Virus record (IMG/VR): IMGVR_UViG_3300020716_000030
Location: 1-29,465 of that record
Origin: a virus
Taxonomy: Duplodnaviria > Caudoviricetes
DNA: 29,465 nt
Strand: one strand, 5' to 3'
Part shown: positions 18,003 through 27,061 of the stretch, piece by piece
How positions within the stretch are numbered: position 1 is the first letter of the stretch
How the letters are laid out: each line of letters begins with the position of its first letter
The notes under the pieces: model-generated
What the model was told of the DNA's origin: nothing
Database searches by the model: none
What the model saw: the letters and a program-made list of their open reading frames with translations, nothing else
Program-made: the position numbers and the translations under genes

Positions 18003-21000
18003 GAATTTGGATTTCTATAGTAATTTAAAGAATTATTTATTGGGGGAACATTATTAGAATTTAAATTCTGTAAATTTTTTAACATCGTTTGATCTGTTAT
18101 ATTATCAATACTACTGATATCAAATTCAACTGATGAAACAGTCGGTGATGTTAATGTTCCGTTAGTTTTGAAAGTAATTTCTGCTGGTTTATAAATAAAT
18201 TTATTTAACGATTTAGTCATTTTATTCACAGTATTATTGTCATTTAATAATGAATTAGATGAGAACAAACCTAATATTTTATCCGTCTGCCCATTTAGGA
18301 ATACTGCCAATATATCACTTAATTGATTATTTGTAAATGTATATGAACCATTAAAATTAATGTCATTATTGAAATGTGTATATAAATATTCGTTAGTATT
18401 TGATTTAATATAGTCAATACAAGTACTATAATTAGAATAGAAATCAGAAGAAACAAATCCATCCAAAGTTGCCATTATTCCAACAGTATCTGATGTCAAT
18501 TGACCATCCAATCCATATTGGACAATAAAATTCATTTTATCTAAACAACTTATTAAATTATTTCTTGTTGATTCGAATGTACTAATTGTTTTATCTTGAT
18601 TTAAATTTTCAATAACAGTACCTACGTAATTTAATAACCAAGGAAATAGAATTTGATTAACTATTTGTTGTTTACTATCTGTAAGGAAATTAAAACCAAA
18701 AATTGTACAAAGATCCGAATATGATAACCCATTTAATGCTGATAATAAATTATCACCAAAAACAGTAATATTTGATGTTGAATCAGATGGTGGTGTAAAT
18801 AAACCAAATAACGTTATTACATCTTGTGGTGTTGGTGATGTTTGATTAAAAATATTGTATTGATTAATTGTTCTATAATTGTTTGACAATAACATATCAA
18901 CAACATAAGACCCATAATTAGTTAAAATTCCATTATAAGTTGATTCAAATTTTGTAAAATATGATGTAGTTTGTGTAAACACATCAGTAATTAATTTTAT
19001 ATATTCTAATTGACCATCAGTACCATCTGAAGATGAATTTTGTAAATCTCCAATGTATTTTTGGGAACTCAATTTATTACCATTACTATTATTATTAGAA
19101 CTGGCTGTTTTTGGTGAGGGTTTTTGTAAGTCATCTAAGAAAGATTTTGTGAATGCTTCAACAGTTTGTCCACCAATAGTTGTATTGGTATCTGTTGATC
19201 TTTCATCATACATTTCAGTATTTGCATAAAAATTAGATGATAAAGCATTTTGTAATGTATTAACAGGAGTTTCTAATCCTTGACCTCCAATGAAGGCAAT
19301 CTGTAAAGTTACATTTGCAATCATTGGTTGTACTCCGATTCCATCAGGATTTAAATCCCATGTTGAATCTTCATAAGTTATATTCAAATCTGTAATTACA
19401 ATTTTAGAATGATAAAAATCACCAATTCTTAATACACATATTGGTGGTGGTCCGAAAGTTGTATTTCTAGCACCAATATCACTTGGTTCTGACGTTCCCT
19501 TAATTGGTATAGTGTCTCCAGGTCTTAAACATTGTTGTAAGAACGTTAAACGACTATTTAATCCCTCGGGAGTCATTGAATGAAAACCTGGATGGAAATA
19601 TTTTAATTTTTCTCTTAAAGATTTAAATGCTATTGGATTTGTATCTTCTAATTGTTTGAAATAATACGATTCCTGTAATGTTTTAGCAATAATTTTTTTA
19701 ATTGTATCAATTGAAGGTTTGGATGATGTTGGATTAGTTGTTACTTTTCCGTTTTGTACAATTGCAGTTTTGGTTAATGGTGTTGTTGCAGTGTTACTAG
19801 TGGTCGTTGTTGAAGGAGGTGGTTGTGGTGTATATGTTGAAGATATACTTGATTTTCTACACCCATATGCAATAGGTGAAAATATTTGTAAATTTTGATT
19901 ATGAAAATTTGTTTTCTCTGCACAAACTCCTGTAGCCGTTCCATTATTATATGTCTTAATAATTAATGTTCCATGAATTCCGTTTTGAAATTTTAAATCT
20001 GTTGAAAAATCATAAGAGACACTTGTAGTATATGACCCACTATTTGTTGGTGGGAATGATGAAATATAATTACCCCAATTGTCGGGTACATCGGTTCCTG
20101 GTTCAACTAATTGATTCAAAATATCCAAAATAATTGAATGTGATCTTCTAATTGATAAAGCTAAATTATTTGTTAAATCACCAACATAGGATGATGAAGA
20201 TTGAATATTTATTACAACTTGTTGTCCATTTAAATTACCTTTATTGATATCTGTTTTCAAATTTTGGATGAAAATTACAAGATTGTTGTAACTATCAGAT
20301 TCAATTATAAAATCCTTCTGTAATGAACTTGTGTTAGTTGTTATAATTGAACTCACGTTATTTTGAGCAGTCTTGATATCTGTATAACTTGATAATATTT
20401 TTAAATCTGAAAGGTCATTTCCGTCTGTTGGGGATGTTAAAATATTGTTAATACCATTCGTTAAATTATTAATTGCAATATTTTGATATGTCGTTCCTGT
20501 TATTTCATTAACAAAAATACTATAAGGGTCTATTGATTTGAACTCATTTATACCTGTACCATTATTAATTGGATAATCATTTTGAAAAAATAAATCTGAA
20601 TTTGGTAAAGTTACTTCCGTTCCCGTTGGTGTTGTTGGTTGTTGTTGGGTTGCAGGTGGAATAGTTTGTGTTTTATAATTAGATATTGTTTGTGGATCAG
20701 CATTTTTGTTCAAATAACTTAATACTAAATTTATATCAGTATCATTTAAGTTAGTGTAAGTTCTTACCAATGTATAAAAATCTAAATCCTGACAACCTGC
20801 AAAGTATGCGTTTATATAATTATCAGCCTGATCGTCAGGTACATTTTTAAAATACTCTCTTGTTAATAAATTTAAAATACTTGGATGATCTACAACTACT
20901 TTAAATGAAAGTTGACCTGTTCTTGTTGTATTTTGATATGTGTAAATAGGTTCTGGTCTTCCTATAAACATATTTTTTTCCCAAGATGCAGTATTGTTTT

Positions 21001-22834
21001 CAGAAACTTTTAAATCATATGGTGGGAACCACATAACTCGACCACCATTTGGTCCTCGTTCATCAAATGGTAAGTCAGAAACGGTATAACCTGGTGTATT
21101 TGATGTTGCCCACGCTAAATTTTCAATAGATAACATGTATTTTTTTGCGTAAAAATCTTTTCCACCTGCAGTTCTTGAACTTATATTTGTAGAATTAGTA
21201 AATCCTTTATTACCATCTGACATTGGTGCTATGTTCAAGTTCCAAGTAGATGATAAAACACTTGAATCGTACTTTCTTATGTTAGTTCTTCTATAAGGTG
21301 TGGATGTTGGAATGTATTTCTTTTGTTTAATATCATTAGTGTTTGATGCTAACGGCATTAAATCTGAATACGAATAATAGGGTCTATCTTTTGTCCATGT
21401 TCTACAAAATTCTATACCCTTTTGTTGACCATATTGGTCGGTATATTGAACGGCAGCACCTCTTGCCATAAACACATCCCCATCTTGAAAAATTCTACTG
21501 GTTTGGTCAATAACATTAGCTACGTGAGCTCTTGCCGATCCACCCGTATTTGGTAATATATTTAATAAATCTTGTGTTTGGCCTAATATTGAATTTTCGG
21601 GGAACACAAAATTGGTTGATTCTATATTTGAAAAATCCGAAGATTGACCATTCCATTGTTGATTATCTGCACCTAGTTTATTCAATTTAGTTGAGTTGTA
21701 ACTCATCCAAACTAAATTACCACCTATTCTACCATTTTCTCCGATATTGGTGTCTATTTGTAAAAGTTTTGTTTGTACAGGATCAAATAAAAGACTTAAA
21801 TAATATGGACTTCTTACAGGTCTATCATTGAAGTCATTCATTGCATAATAAACATCATGTATCCTATCGTCACCAATATATGCCGTTGATGGTGGATTAC
21901 CTAATCCTGCTGCACTTAATAAACCAATACCAAGTAATCCTGCAATATTTGGACCACCTGTACTTGTTAAACCCATTGCCGTAGATGAATAATCAGGGGC
22001 ATATGAATTATATGATAAATTATCTAATAAATTTTGTTTTTGATTACTACCCAAATATTCAAAAAATAAATCAGATGGTCTTTGTTGTAACGATAATGGG
22101 TTTTTAGCACCCAATAATGAACCTAAAACTCCTGTGGCATCTTGAACAAAATTACCAACTGTTGTTGATGGTCCTGAACCAAATGGATTGTTTGGGTTTG
22201 TTAAGTATTGACCAGGTATTGTTGTTTCATAGGAATCCGTACCTTCAAGTACACCAAAAAAATTAACTACATTTGTTTTAGCATTTGGATCAACTGTAAT
22301 CGAATTATTAACTTTAACTAATGGTTGCTTTCCTCCAATTATATTACCTACAGTATTTTGATTACTATTGAAAAGAGTACTCAAACTATTAGCGTCATTA
22401 CCGGCAGATAAATTATTTTGTGCTATTCGTGAATGAACAGGTCCATTCGGGTTATTAAGTATATTTGATACCGCAAATTTATAAAGTGCAGACTCGTTGT
22501 TGGTGTTGTCTGTTTGTCCAACAATACCGACTAAAGAATGATCACTTGCTGCAAAATATGGATAGAGTTGTAAATTAGCGTTTCGTGGTAAAACTTCCAA
22601 ATCTTTTTCATAATATTCACTTGGTTTGTAGATATTAATAGTTTTAGATTGTTTTAATTCAGATAATTGATCCTCAGTTACACCACCTCCACTAATATTG
22701 GGTAAATCTAATAACGATGATGCTTCATAGTTGTTACTTGTAAATGTTTGGGGTCCATTAGGTTGTTGTAACGTCCTTCCTATTAGAACCTTTCTAAAAT
22801 TGTTTGTAGAATTAAAATCTAAGTAACTCGGCAT
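17999..22834 (-). CDS. Large (1611 aa) tail-tube-initiator-like baseplate protein with an internal OmpA-like segment
   Basis: Sits between tape measure and LysM genes. WFPPYDLKVSENNTASWEKNMFIGRPEPIYTYQNTTRTGQLSF and PPICVLRIGDFYHSKIVITDLNITYEDSTWD...PMIANVTLQI resemble tube-initiator motifs; NNLALSIRRSHSI resembles the OmpA_C motif. Confidence 0.6.
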   Translation of the reverse strand: MPSYLDFNSTNNFRKVLIGRTLQQPNGPQTFTSNNYEASSLLDLPNISGGGVTEDQLSELKQSKTINIYKPSEYYEKDLEVLPRNANLQLYPYFAASDHSLVGIVGQTDNTNNESALYKFAVSNILNNPNGPVHSRIAQNNLSAGNDANSLSTLFNSNQNTVGNIIGGKQPLVKVNNSITVDPNAKTNVVNFFGVLEGTDSYETTIPGQYLTNPNNPFGSGPSTTVGNFVQDATGVLGSLLGAKNPLSLQQRPSDLFFEYLGSNQKQNLLDNLSYNSYAPDYSSTAMGLTSTGGPNIAGLLGIGLLSAAGLGNPPSTAYIGDDRIHDVYYAMNDFNDRPVRSPYYLSLLFDPVQTKLLQIDTNIGENGRIGGNLVWMSYNSTKLNKLGADNQQWNGQSSDFSNIESTNFVFPENSILGQTQDLLNILPNTGGSARAHVANVIDQTSRIFQDGDVFMARGAAVQYTDQYGQQKGIEFCRTWTKDRPYYSYSDLMPLASNTNDIKQKKYIPTSTPYRRTNIRKYDSSVLSSTWNLNIAPMSDGNKGFTNSTNISSRTAGGKDFYAKKYMLSIENLAWATSNTPGYTVSDLPFDERGPNGGRVMWFPPYDLKVSENNTASWEKNMFIGRPEPIYTYQNTTRTGQLSFKVVVDHPSILNLLTREYFKNVPDDQADNYINAYFAGCQDLDFYTLVRTYTNLNDTDINLVLSYLNKNADPQTISNYKTQTIPPATQQQPTTPTGTEVTLPNSDLFFQNDYPINNGTGINEFKSIDPYSIFVNEITGTTYQNIAINNLTNGINNILTSPTDGNDLSDLKILSSYTDIKTAQNNVSSIITTNTSSLQKDFIIESDSYNNLVIFIQNLKTDINKGNLNGQQVVINIQSSSSYVGDLTNNLALSIRRSHSIILDILNQLVEPGTDVPDNWGNYISSFPPTNSGSYTTSVSYDFSTDLKFQNGIHGTLIIKTYNNGTATGVCAEKTNFHNQNLQIFSPIAYGCRKSSISSTYTPQPPPSTTTTSNTATTPLTKTAIVQNGKVTTNPTSSKPSIDTIKKIIAKTLQESYYFKQLEDTNPIAFKSLREKLKYFHPGFHSMTPEGLNSRLTFLQQCLRPGDTIPIKGTSEPSDIGARNTTFGPPPICVLRIGDFYHSKIVITDLNITYEDSTWDLNPDGIGVQPMIANVTLQIAFIGGQGLETPVNTLQNALSSNFYANTEMYDERSTDTNTTIGGQTVEAFTKSFLDDLQKPSPKTASSNNNSNGNKLSSQKYIGDLQNSSSDGTDGQLEYIKLITDVFTQTTSYFTKFESTYNGILTNYGSYVVDMLLSNNYRTINQYNIFNQTSPTPQDVITLFGLFTPPSDSTSNITVFGDNLLSALNGLSYSDLCTIFGFNFLTDSKQQIVNQILFPWLLNYVGTVIENLNQDKTISTFESTRNNLISCLDKMNFIVQYGLDGQLTSDTVGIMATLDGFVSSDFYSNYSTCIDYIKSNTNEYLYTHFNNDINFNGSYTFTNNQLSDILAVFLNGQTDKILGLFSSNSLLNDNNTVNKMTKSLNKFIYKPAEITFKTNGTLTSPTVSSVEFDISSIDNITDQTMLKNLQNLNSNNVPPINNSLNYYRNPNS

Positions 22835-22874
22835 TATTGTTGTTTTCTATAAATAGATTTAAATAAAGAATTTA

Positions 22875-24869
22875 TTAAGTATTAGGGAGTATTGTTATTT
22901 TAGGTGATGTATAATCACCTTTCGCAATTCTACTTGATAAAGCGGTACTTAGTCCAGTTCTGAACTCTGAACTTTCGAAAGCATTTTTTGCATATGATGG
23001 AACATTTCCTGCAAATGCTACAGTCAATTCTATTTTACTATTATTTGTTGCATTATTCTGTAGTTCACTCTTTTGTTTTCTTGGATTATAATTTGAACCA
23101 AATGAATCTTTACCTACTTCTTTACCCTTCTCAAATATTGGTTTTGAAACACTTTGTATTTTATCAATAGAATCTTTTAGAAAAGTTTTAACTGAATTAT
23201 AAGTTTTATCCCCTTCTGTTTTACCTTCAACAGTTTCAAATATACCTTTTACTGCATCTTCACCTAAATTTTTAAAAGCATCAAGGAATTTTGGACCTAT
23301 GGATTTAGCAAGTTCTGTTATTCCACCGGGTGATTTTTCTGCTTCTTTTATTTTTTCAGGACTCAATTCATTATGAAGTGTTTTGGAGAAATCACTCATA
23401 ATTTTTCTCATATCTTGTTGTGTATCACTTCCATAAACATTAGCACCCATATGATAAGCAATTGCATTTACATCGTCCAAAATATTTGTAATTGCGTTGT
23501 ATTGAGCCCTTGCCAAATCTTCTGGTTTCATATCGGACATCTGTTTTTGAATTTTCATAAATTCGTCCATATGTCCTGCCATTTCATCTATAGATTTAAA
23601 TCCTCCCTCTGCTCCTGTACCGAACATTTTTTGTGCAATATCTTTTGGAATATCAAACCCTATTTTTCCTTCCTTCATTGTGGTAAGGTTTGAAAGGAAT
23701 TCTTTTTGTTCATTTGTGATACTTGGGAACATATCTAACTGAGATAAAGCTTCAAATTTAGATGCAGCCTTAACTGCCATATTTGTTAAATCTCCAGTGG
23801 ACATTCCCAATGTTTTGGCCATTTCATTTGCTCTTCTAAGGTTTGCACCTGATACTTCAAATCTTCCTTGTTCAGCATTATATGTTGCTAAATTTTTAGC
23901 TGCACCTATTAAACTGTCTTGTAAATTCTCTACATTATTAGTAGCATCGTACATCAATTTGATTGGGTCGGCAAAGTCACCAAACGCACCTCCTAAAGCC
24001 TGTAAGTTAGCACTTAAGTCTATAGCTTGGGATGGGTCAAATAATTTTTCCGCTATACTTAATGTTTTGTTAATATCAATGTTTAAAGACTGAGCTTGTT
24101 GTACCATTCTCCCCAATCCTTCTACTCCATTTTTGAAACCAAATTGATTCATTTTATCCAAACTCTTAATTACAGTATCACTTACCTCTTTCGCATTCAG
24201 TCCTAATTTTAAAGAACCTTCTCCTATTTTGGTAATCTCTCTTCCCGCATCTGCTAAACCTAATCCTACGTTTCTAAAATTTTCAGCGTTTTCAAGTATT
24301 TGTGTGTTTGATTTGGTAAAAGCAGCAGAAGCTGTCAAAGCTGTTTTCATTGTTTCAGTCCCATAAAGAGCCATCCTACCACTACTTTCTGATAGTGATT
24401 TTAAACCATTAATAACATCAGTTGCACCTACTCCTATACCTTGGGTTGCAGCGGTTATATCCAAAGTCTGATCCCTCATAGCATCGGCAAATTCCCCATA
24501 ATATCCACCAATACCTTCCATGTTTTTTCTCATTGCAGCATCTAAAGATGCAAACGAGGAAATAACTTTTGAAATAGCCGCTGAACTTGTATTTGTCAAG
24601 TCTGTAATAATTCCTCCGATTCCTCCACCTTGAAATATACCAGAAACTAAACCACCCAATGTGGTTTCTAAATCGGTCAAACTAATCCTATAATTATCTA
24701 TTGCTTTTGTATCAACAAAAAAAGATCCTGCAACTGAACCTAATGATGAGACAACATTTCCTGCCGTTTCAAGAGAACTTTCAAAGCCTTTAAGTAACCC
24801 CCAACCTGGGTGTTCTCTATCTGCTTCTTTTAATTTTTCTACCCATTTGTCATCTATTTTAGTTTGCAT
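22875..24869 (-). CDS. Tape measure protein
   Basis: 664-aa helical Ala/Gly/Leu-rich protein after the tube and chaperone genes; segments such as AIDLSANLQALGG and RANEMAKTLGMSTGDL are typical of tape measure proteins. Confidence 0.75.
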   Translation of the reverse strand: MQTKIDDKWVEKLKEADREHPGWGLLKGFESSLETAGNVVSSLGSVAGSFFVDTKAIDNYRISLTDLETTLGGLVSGIFQGGGIGGIITDLTNTSSAAISKVISSFASLDAAMRKNMEGIGGYYGEFADAMRDQTLDITAATQGIGVGATDVINGLKSLSESSGRMALYGTETMKTALTASAAFTKSNTQILENAENFRNVGLGLADAGREITKIGEGSLKLGLNAKEVSDTVIKSLDKMNQFGFKNGVEGLGRMVQQAQSLNIDINKTLSIAEKLFDPSQAIDLSANLQALGGAFGDFADPIKLMYDATNNVENLQDSLIGAAKNLATYNAEQGRFEVSGANLRRANEMAKTLGMSTGDLTNMAVKAASKFEALSQLDMFPSITNEQKEFLSNLTTMKEGKIGFDIPKDIAQKMFGTGAEGGFKSIDEMAGHMDEFMKIQKQMSDMKPEDLARAQYNAITNILDDVNAIAYHMGANVYGSDTQQDMRKIMSDFSKTLHNELSPEKIKEAEKSPGGITELAKSIGPKFLDAFKNLGEDAVKGIFETVEGKTEGDKTYNSVKTFLKDSIDKIQSVSKPIFEKGKEVGKDSFGSNYNPRKQKSELQNNATNNSKIELTVAFAGNVPSYAKNAFESSEFRTGLSTALSSRIAKGDYTSPKITILPNT

Positions 24870-24899
24870 AAATCAAATTTTTCTTATTATATAAATAGG

Positions 24900-25058
24900 T
24901 TACTCTTGATTTTCTAGTGCATCGATCAATATACTTACTATATTTGTTTTCTCGAAAATCGGCATGTTCAAAACATCGGTATAAGTGAAACCATGTTTTA
25001 ACAGGAAAATAGTAGTATAAATTTGATTTTTTTTATATTCCGTAGAAGGGACGAAAAA
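24900..25058 (-). CDS. Unannotated 52-codon +1-frame extension of the gp26-like ORF (T4 gp51 / gpT-like tail chaperone C-terminal part)
   Basis: Reads FFVPSTEYKKNQIYTTIFLLKHGFTYTDVLNMPIFEKTNIVSILIDALENQE*, with TAA at 24902-24900. It fills the gap before the tape measure gene, and its only ATG is near the 3' end. GFTYTDVLNMPIFEK resembles the gp51-like 'w/f.l.e+.nM.pwEr' motif. Confidence 0.72.
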   Translation of the reverse strand, partial: FFVPSTEYKKNQIYTTIFLLKHGFTYTDVLNMPIFEKTNIVSILIDALENQE

Positions 25059-25782
25059 AGTCAACCCCAAACTCCACTAACAATGGAATCTTTTCTCCTG
25101 ATGGGGCAGTAATATCAACAATTAGGTCTAAACCTGGTTTATTTTCGTTAACAAATCTTCTGAATGATTGTGAGTCCTTAATTGGCATTGTTTGAATAAA
25201 ATTATAAATCGCCATAAGATCTCTTGTTCCGTCTACGGACTTTATCATCATTTCCAACCTTTTGGTGTTAGATGGTACAACTGTTAATGAAATATCGTTT
25301 CTAATCTTTTGAATTTCGTCTTCTTGTTTTTTATTTAAAAAAACAAATTTTATATTTTTTTTACTAAGGGGTAAGAAGAAATCATACTCTCCGTTTGAAT
25401 CGGCTTCTAGGTTAAACTCTTTTACTTTTATTATTGATAAATCCACAGTAGTAGTAAATTCCTTTTTGTTCGATGGGTCTGTCATTGTTACTTTGAATTC
25501 ACTTCCAAAAGCAGTATTTCTCAAAAATATTAATATAGCTTGTCTGTCTTCATCTACAATTTCATCAAAAGGGATATCCCTATCTATAATTTTTCTCCTA
25601 AGTAATTCATCAATAACGGTATTACTTTCCAATAGATTTGGAGAGCTAAGAATATTTTCATCAGCAGCAGTTAAATAAGCTACCCTTAATGATTTCTTTT
25701 TGTTTTTATAATAAATTCCCTGAGATGGTAATGGTACCACATCATACTGTATTGTTGGGTCAATTTTAAGTGATTCTTCCAT
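25033..25782 (-). CDS. T4 gp26-like baseplate hub / tail assembly chaperone
   Basis: YDVVPLPSQG...LTAADENIL...DRQAILIFLRNTAFGSEF...FGVDFFRP; located between tube and tape measure genes. Confidence 0.8.
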   Translation of the reverse strand: MEESLKIDPTIQYDVVPLPSQGIYYKNKKKSLRVAYLTAADENILSSPNLLESNTVIDELLRRKIIDRDIPFDEIVDEDRQAILIFLRNTAFGSEFKVTMTDPSNKKEFTTTVDLSIIKVKEFNLEADSNGEYDFFLPLSKKNIKFVFLNKKQEDEIQKIRNDISLTVVPSNTKRLEMMIKSVDGTRDLMAIYNFIQTMPIKDSQSFRRFVNENKPGLDLIVDITAPSGEKIPLLVEFGVDFFRPFYGI

Positions 25783-25827
25783 AATATCAATTTATATAAT
25801 AACTATGATAAAGTAAAGATTTTAAAT

Positions 25828-25862
25828 AAAAAAACCGATACCCACAAAATAGGATATCGGTT
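25828..25862 (-). terminator. Intrinsic terminator after the tail tube gene
   Basis: Minus strand AACCGATATCC-TATTTTGT-GGGTATCGGTT followed by TTTTT. Confidence 0.82.
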
Positions 25863-25889
25863 AATATGTATTTTTTTTATAGTATAATT

Positions 25890-26378
25890 TTAGTAAACTA
25901 AAATACATCTATCAGGACGTAAAGTACAATCGATAAATGCAATTTCATCTCTTGAGTAATCTAAATCACCAAAGTTAATATCAGTTAAGAAAGTACCTTG
26001 TAAAATCCATTTTTCAATCACAACTCCTGTCGGATCAAGCATTTCTAAATCAATATCTTTTTTGTAACCAGCAGCGTATCCCATTCTACCTGTAACAGAT
26101 TCAGCATGTAAACGGAACCATTCCATTAGAGCTTGTGCTGCTGAAGGACCAATTGGATCTTTAAATTTAACTTTCATTGTATTCCATTCAAATCTACCTG
26201 CAACATATGTTGAAGTATTGATAAATGGTATTGCAACTGTATTGATTTTAGCACTAGGTCTTTGAGATGAAGTAATATACCACTCGTTAATACCCATTGA
26301 TGATGGAAATCTAACGATAAATCGGTTTTCCCTTTTCGGTTCATATGGAACCGGCATTTTCATTAATAAATCTGCCAT
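25890..26378 (-). CDS. Tail tube protein, T4 gp19-like
   Basis: EPKRENRF...YVAGRFEW...ALMEW...GYAAGYKKDIDLEMLDPTGVVIEKWILQG....INFGDLDY; 162 aa, downstream of the sheath gene. Confidence 0.92.
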   Translation of the reverse strand: MADLLMKMPVPYEPKRENRFIVRFPSSMGINEWYITSSQRPSAKINTVAIPFINTSTYVAGRFEWNTMKVKFKDPIGPSAAQALMEWFRLHAESVTGRMGYAAGYKKDIDLEMLDPTGVVIEKWILQGTFLTDINFGDLDYSRDEIAFIDCTLRPDRCILVY

Positions 26379-26420
26379 TTTCTATTTTTTTTAAAATTTT
26401 GTTTTAATTATTCTGTTTCT

Positions 26421-26428
26421 TATAAATA
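26421..26428 (-). promoter_or_regulatory. Putative phage (late) promoter motif TATTTATA upstream of the tube gene; representative of ten copies
   Basis: The same sense-strand motif occurs at 1097-1103, 1472-1479, 2114-2120, 4667-4674, 10545-10552, 11839-11846, 22848-22855, 24890-24897, and on the + strand at 26685-26691. Confidence 0.6.
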
Positions 26429-26643
26429 TATGTATATTGAAAAATAAATTTTTTTCGGGAAATACTTGACTTTGTCATTTTTTTTCCGTAGTTTTTTACT
26501 AGAACCAGTTTTAAATACTTTTTAATCAATAATATTAATTATCTCTATTATAATTAAATACTTTAAATTTCTAATTAATTAATTAATACCTCAAATAAAT
26601 CTATAATATACTAGTCTAGTATACTGGGTATCATTTTTTTTCT

Positions 26644-26651
26644 TATATTTG
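26644..26651 (+). promoter_or_regulatory. Bacteroidota-type -7 promoter element TAnnTTTG upstream of the + strand HNH-like gene
   Basis: TATATTTG, 53 nt before the ATG at 26705; no clear -33 TTTG seen. Confidence 0.35.
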
Positions 26652-26704
26652 TTCCACAAATCACAATAATGTTCCACATTAACATATTTATTTAAAAATA
26701 GATT

Positions 26705-27061
26705 ATGAGAATAAGAAACCCTAAAGGTATATATAAATTAACATGTAGCAAATGTGATAAACCAATTGAAAATGAGTTAGTTGGGAGACAAAGATATTGT
26801 AGAAAATGTAAAGCAGAGAATACAAAACTACATAGAAAAAATTATAGTGAACTGTCAGAAGAAGAGAAAATGAAATCGAATGCCAGAGCTTACTTACATG
26901 TCTATGTAAAAAGGGGAAAATTAACCAAACTTCCTTGTAGTATTTGTGGTGATGAAAAAAGTGAAGCCCATCATACCGATTATAATAAACCAATTGATGT
27001 TATATGGTATTGTAGAAAATGTCATATGGAACAACACAAATTAAAAAAGGGGATGTTTTAA
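26705..27061 (+). CDS. Small Zn-finger / HNH-like endonuclease, antisense to the tail operon
   Basis: CSKC...YCRKC N-terminal finger; CSICG...EAHHTDYNKPIDVIWYCRKCHMEQH is a His-Me-finger-like motif. Confidence 0.75.
   Translation: MRIRNPKGIYKLTCSKCDKPIENELVGRQRYCRKCKAENTKLHRKNYSELSEEEKMKSNARAYLHVYVKRGKLTKLPCSICGDEKSEAHHTDYNKPIDVIWYCRKCHMEQHKLKKGMF

Noticed and set aside
24860-25035. Stop-codon readthrough of the gp26-like gene; frame 0 stays open for about 57 codons after the TAA
   Set aside because: The frame-0 peptide has no recognisable motif, UAA is a poor readthrough codon, and the +1 frame gives a gp51-like peptide with a slippery site.
1472-26428. Reading the + strand TATAAATA hits as canonical T4 late promoters
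   Set aside because: In that orientation they point away from the adjacent starts and antisense into the upstream genes. The + strand gene carries the opposite orientation, which favours TATTTAT as the sense motif.
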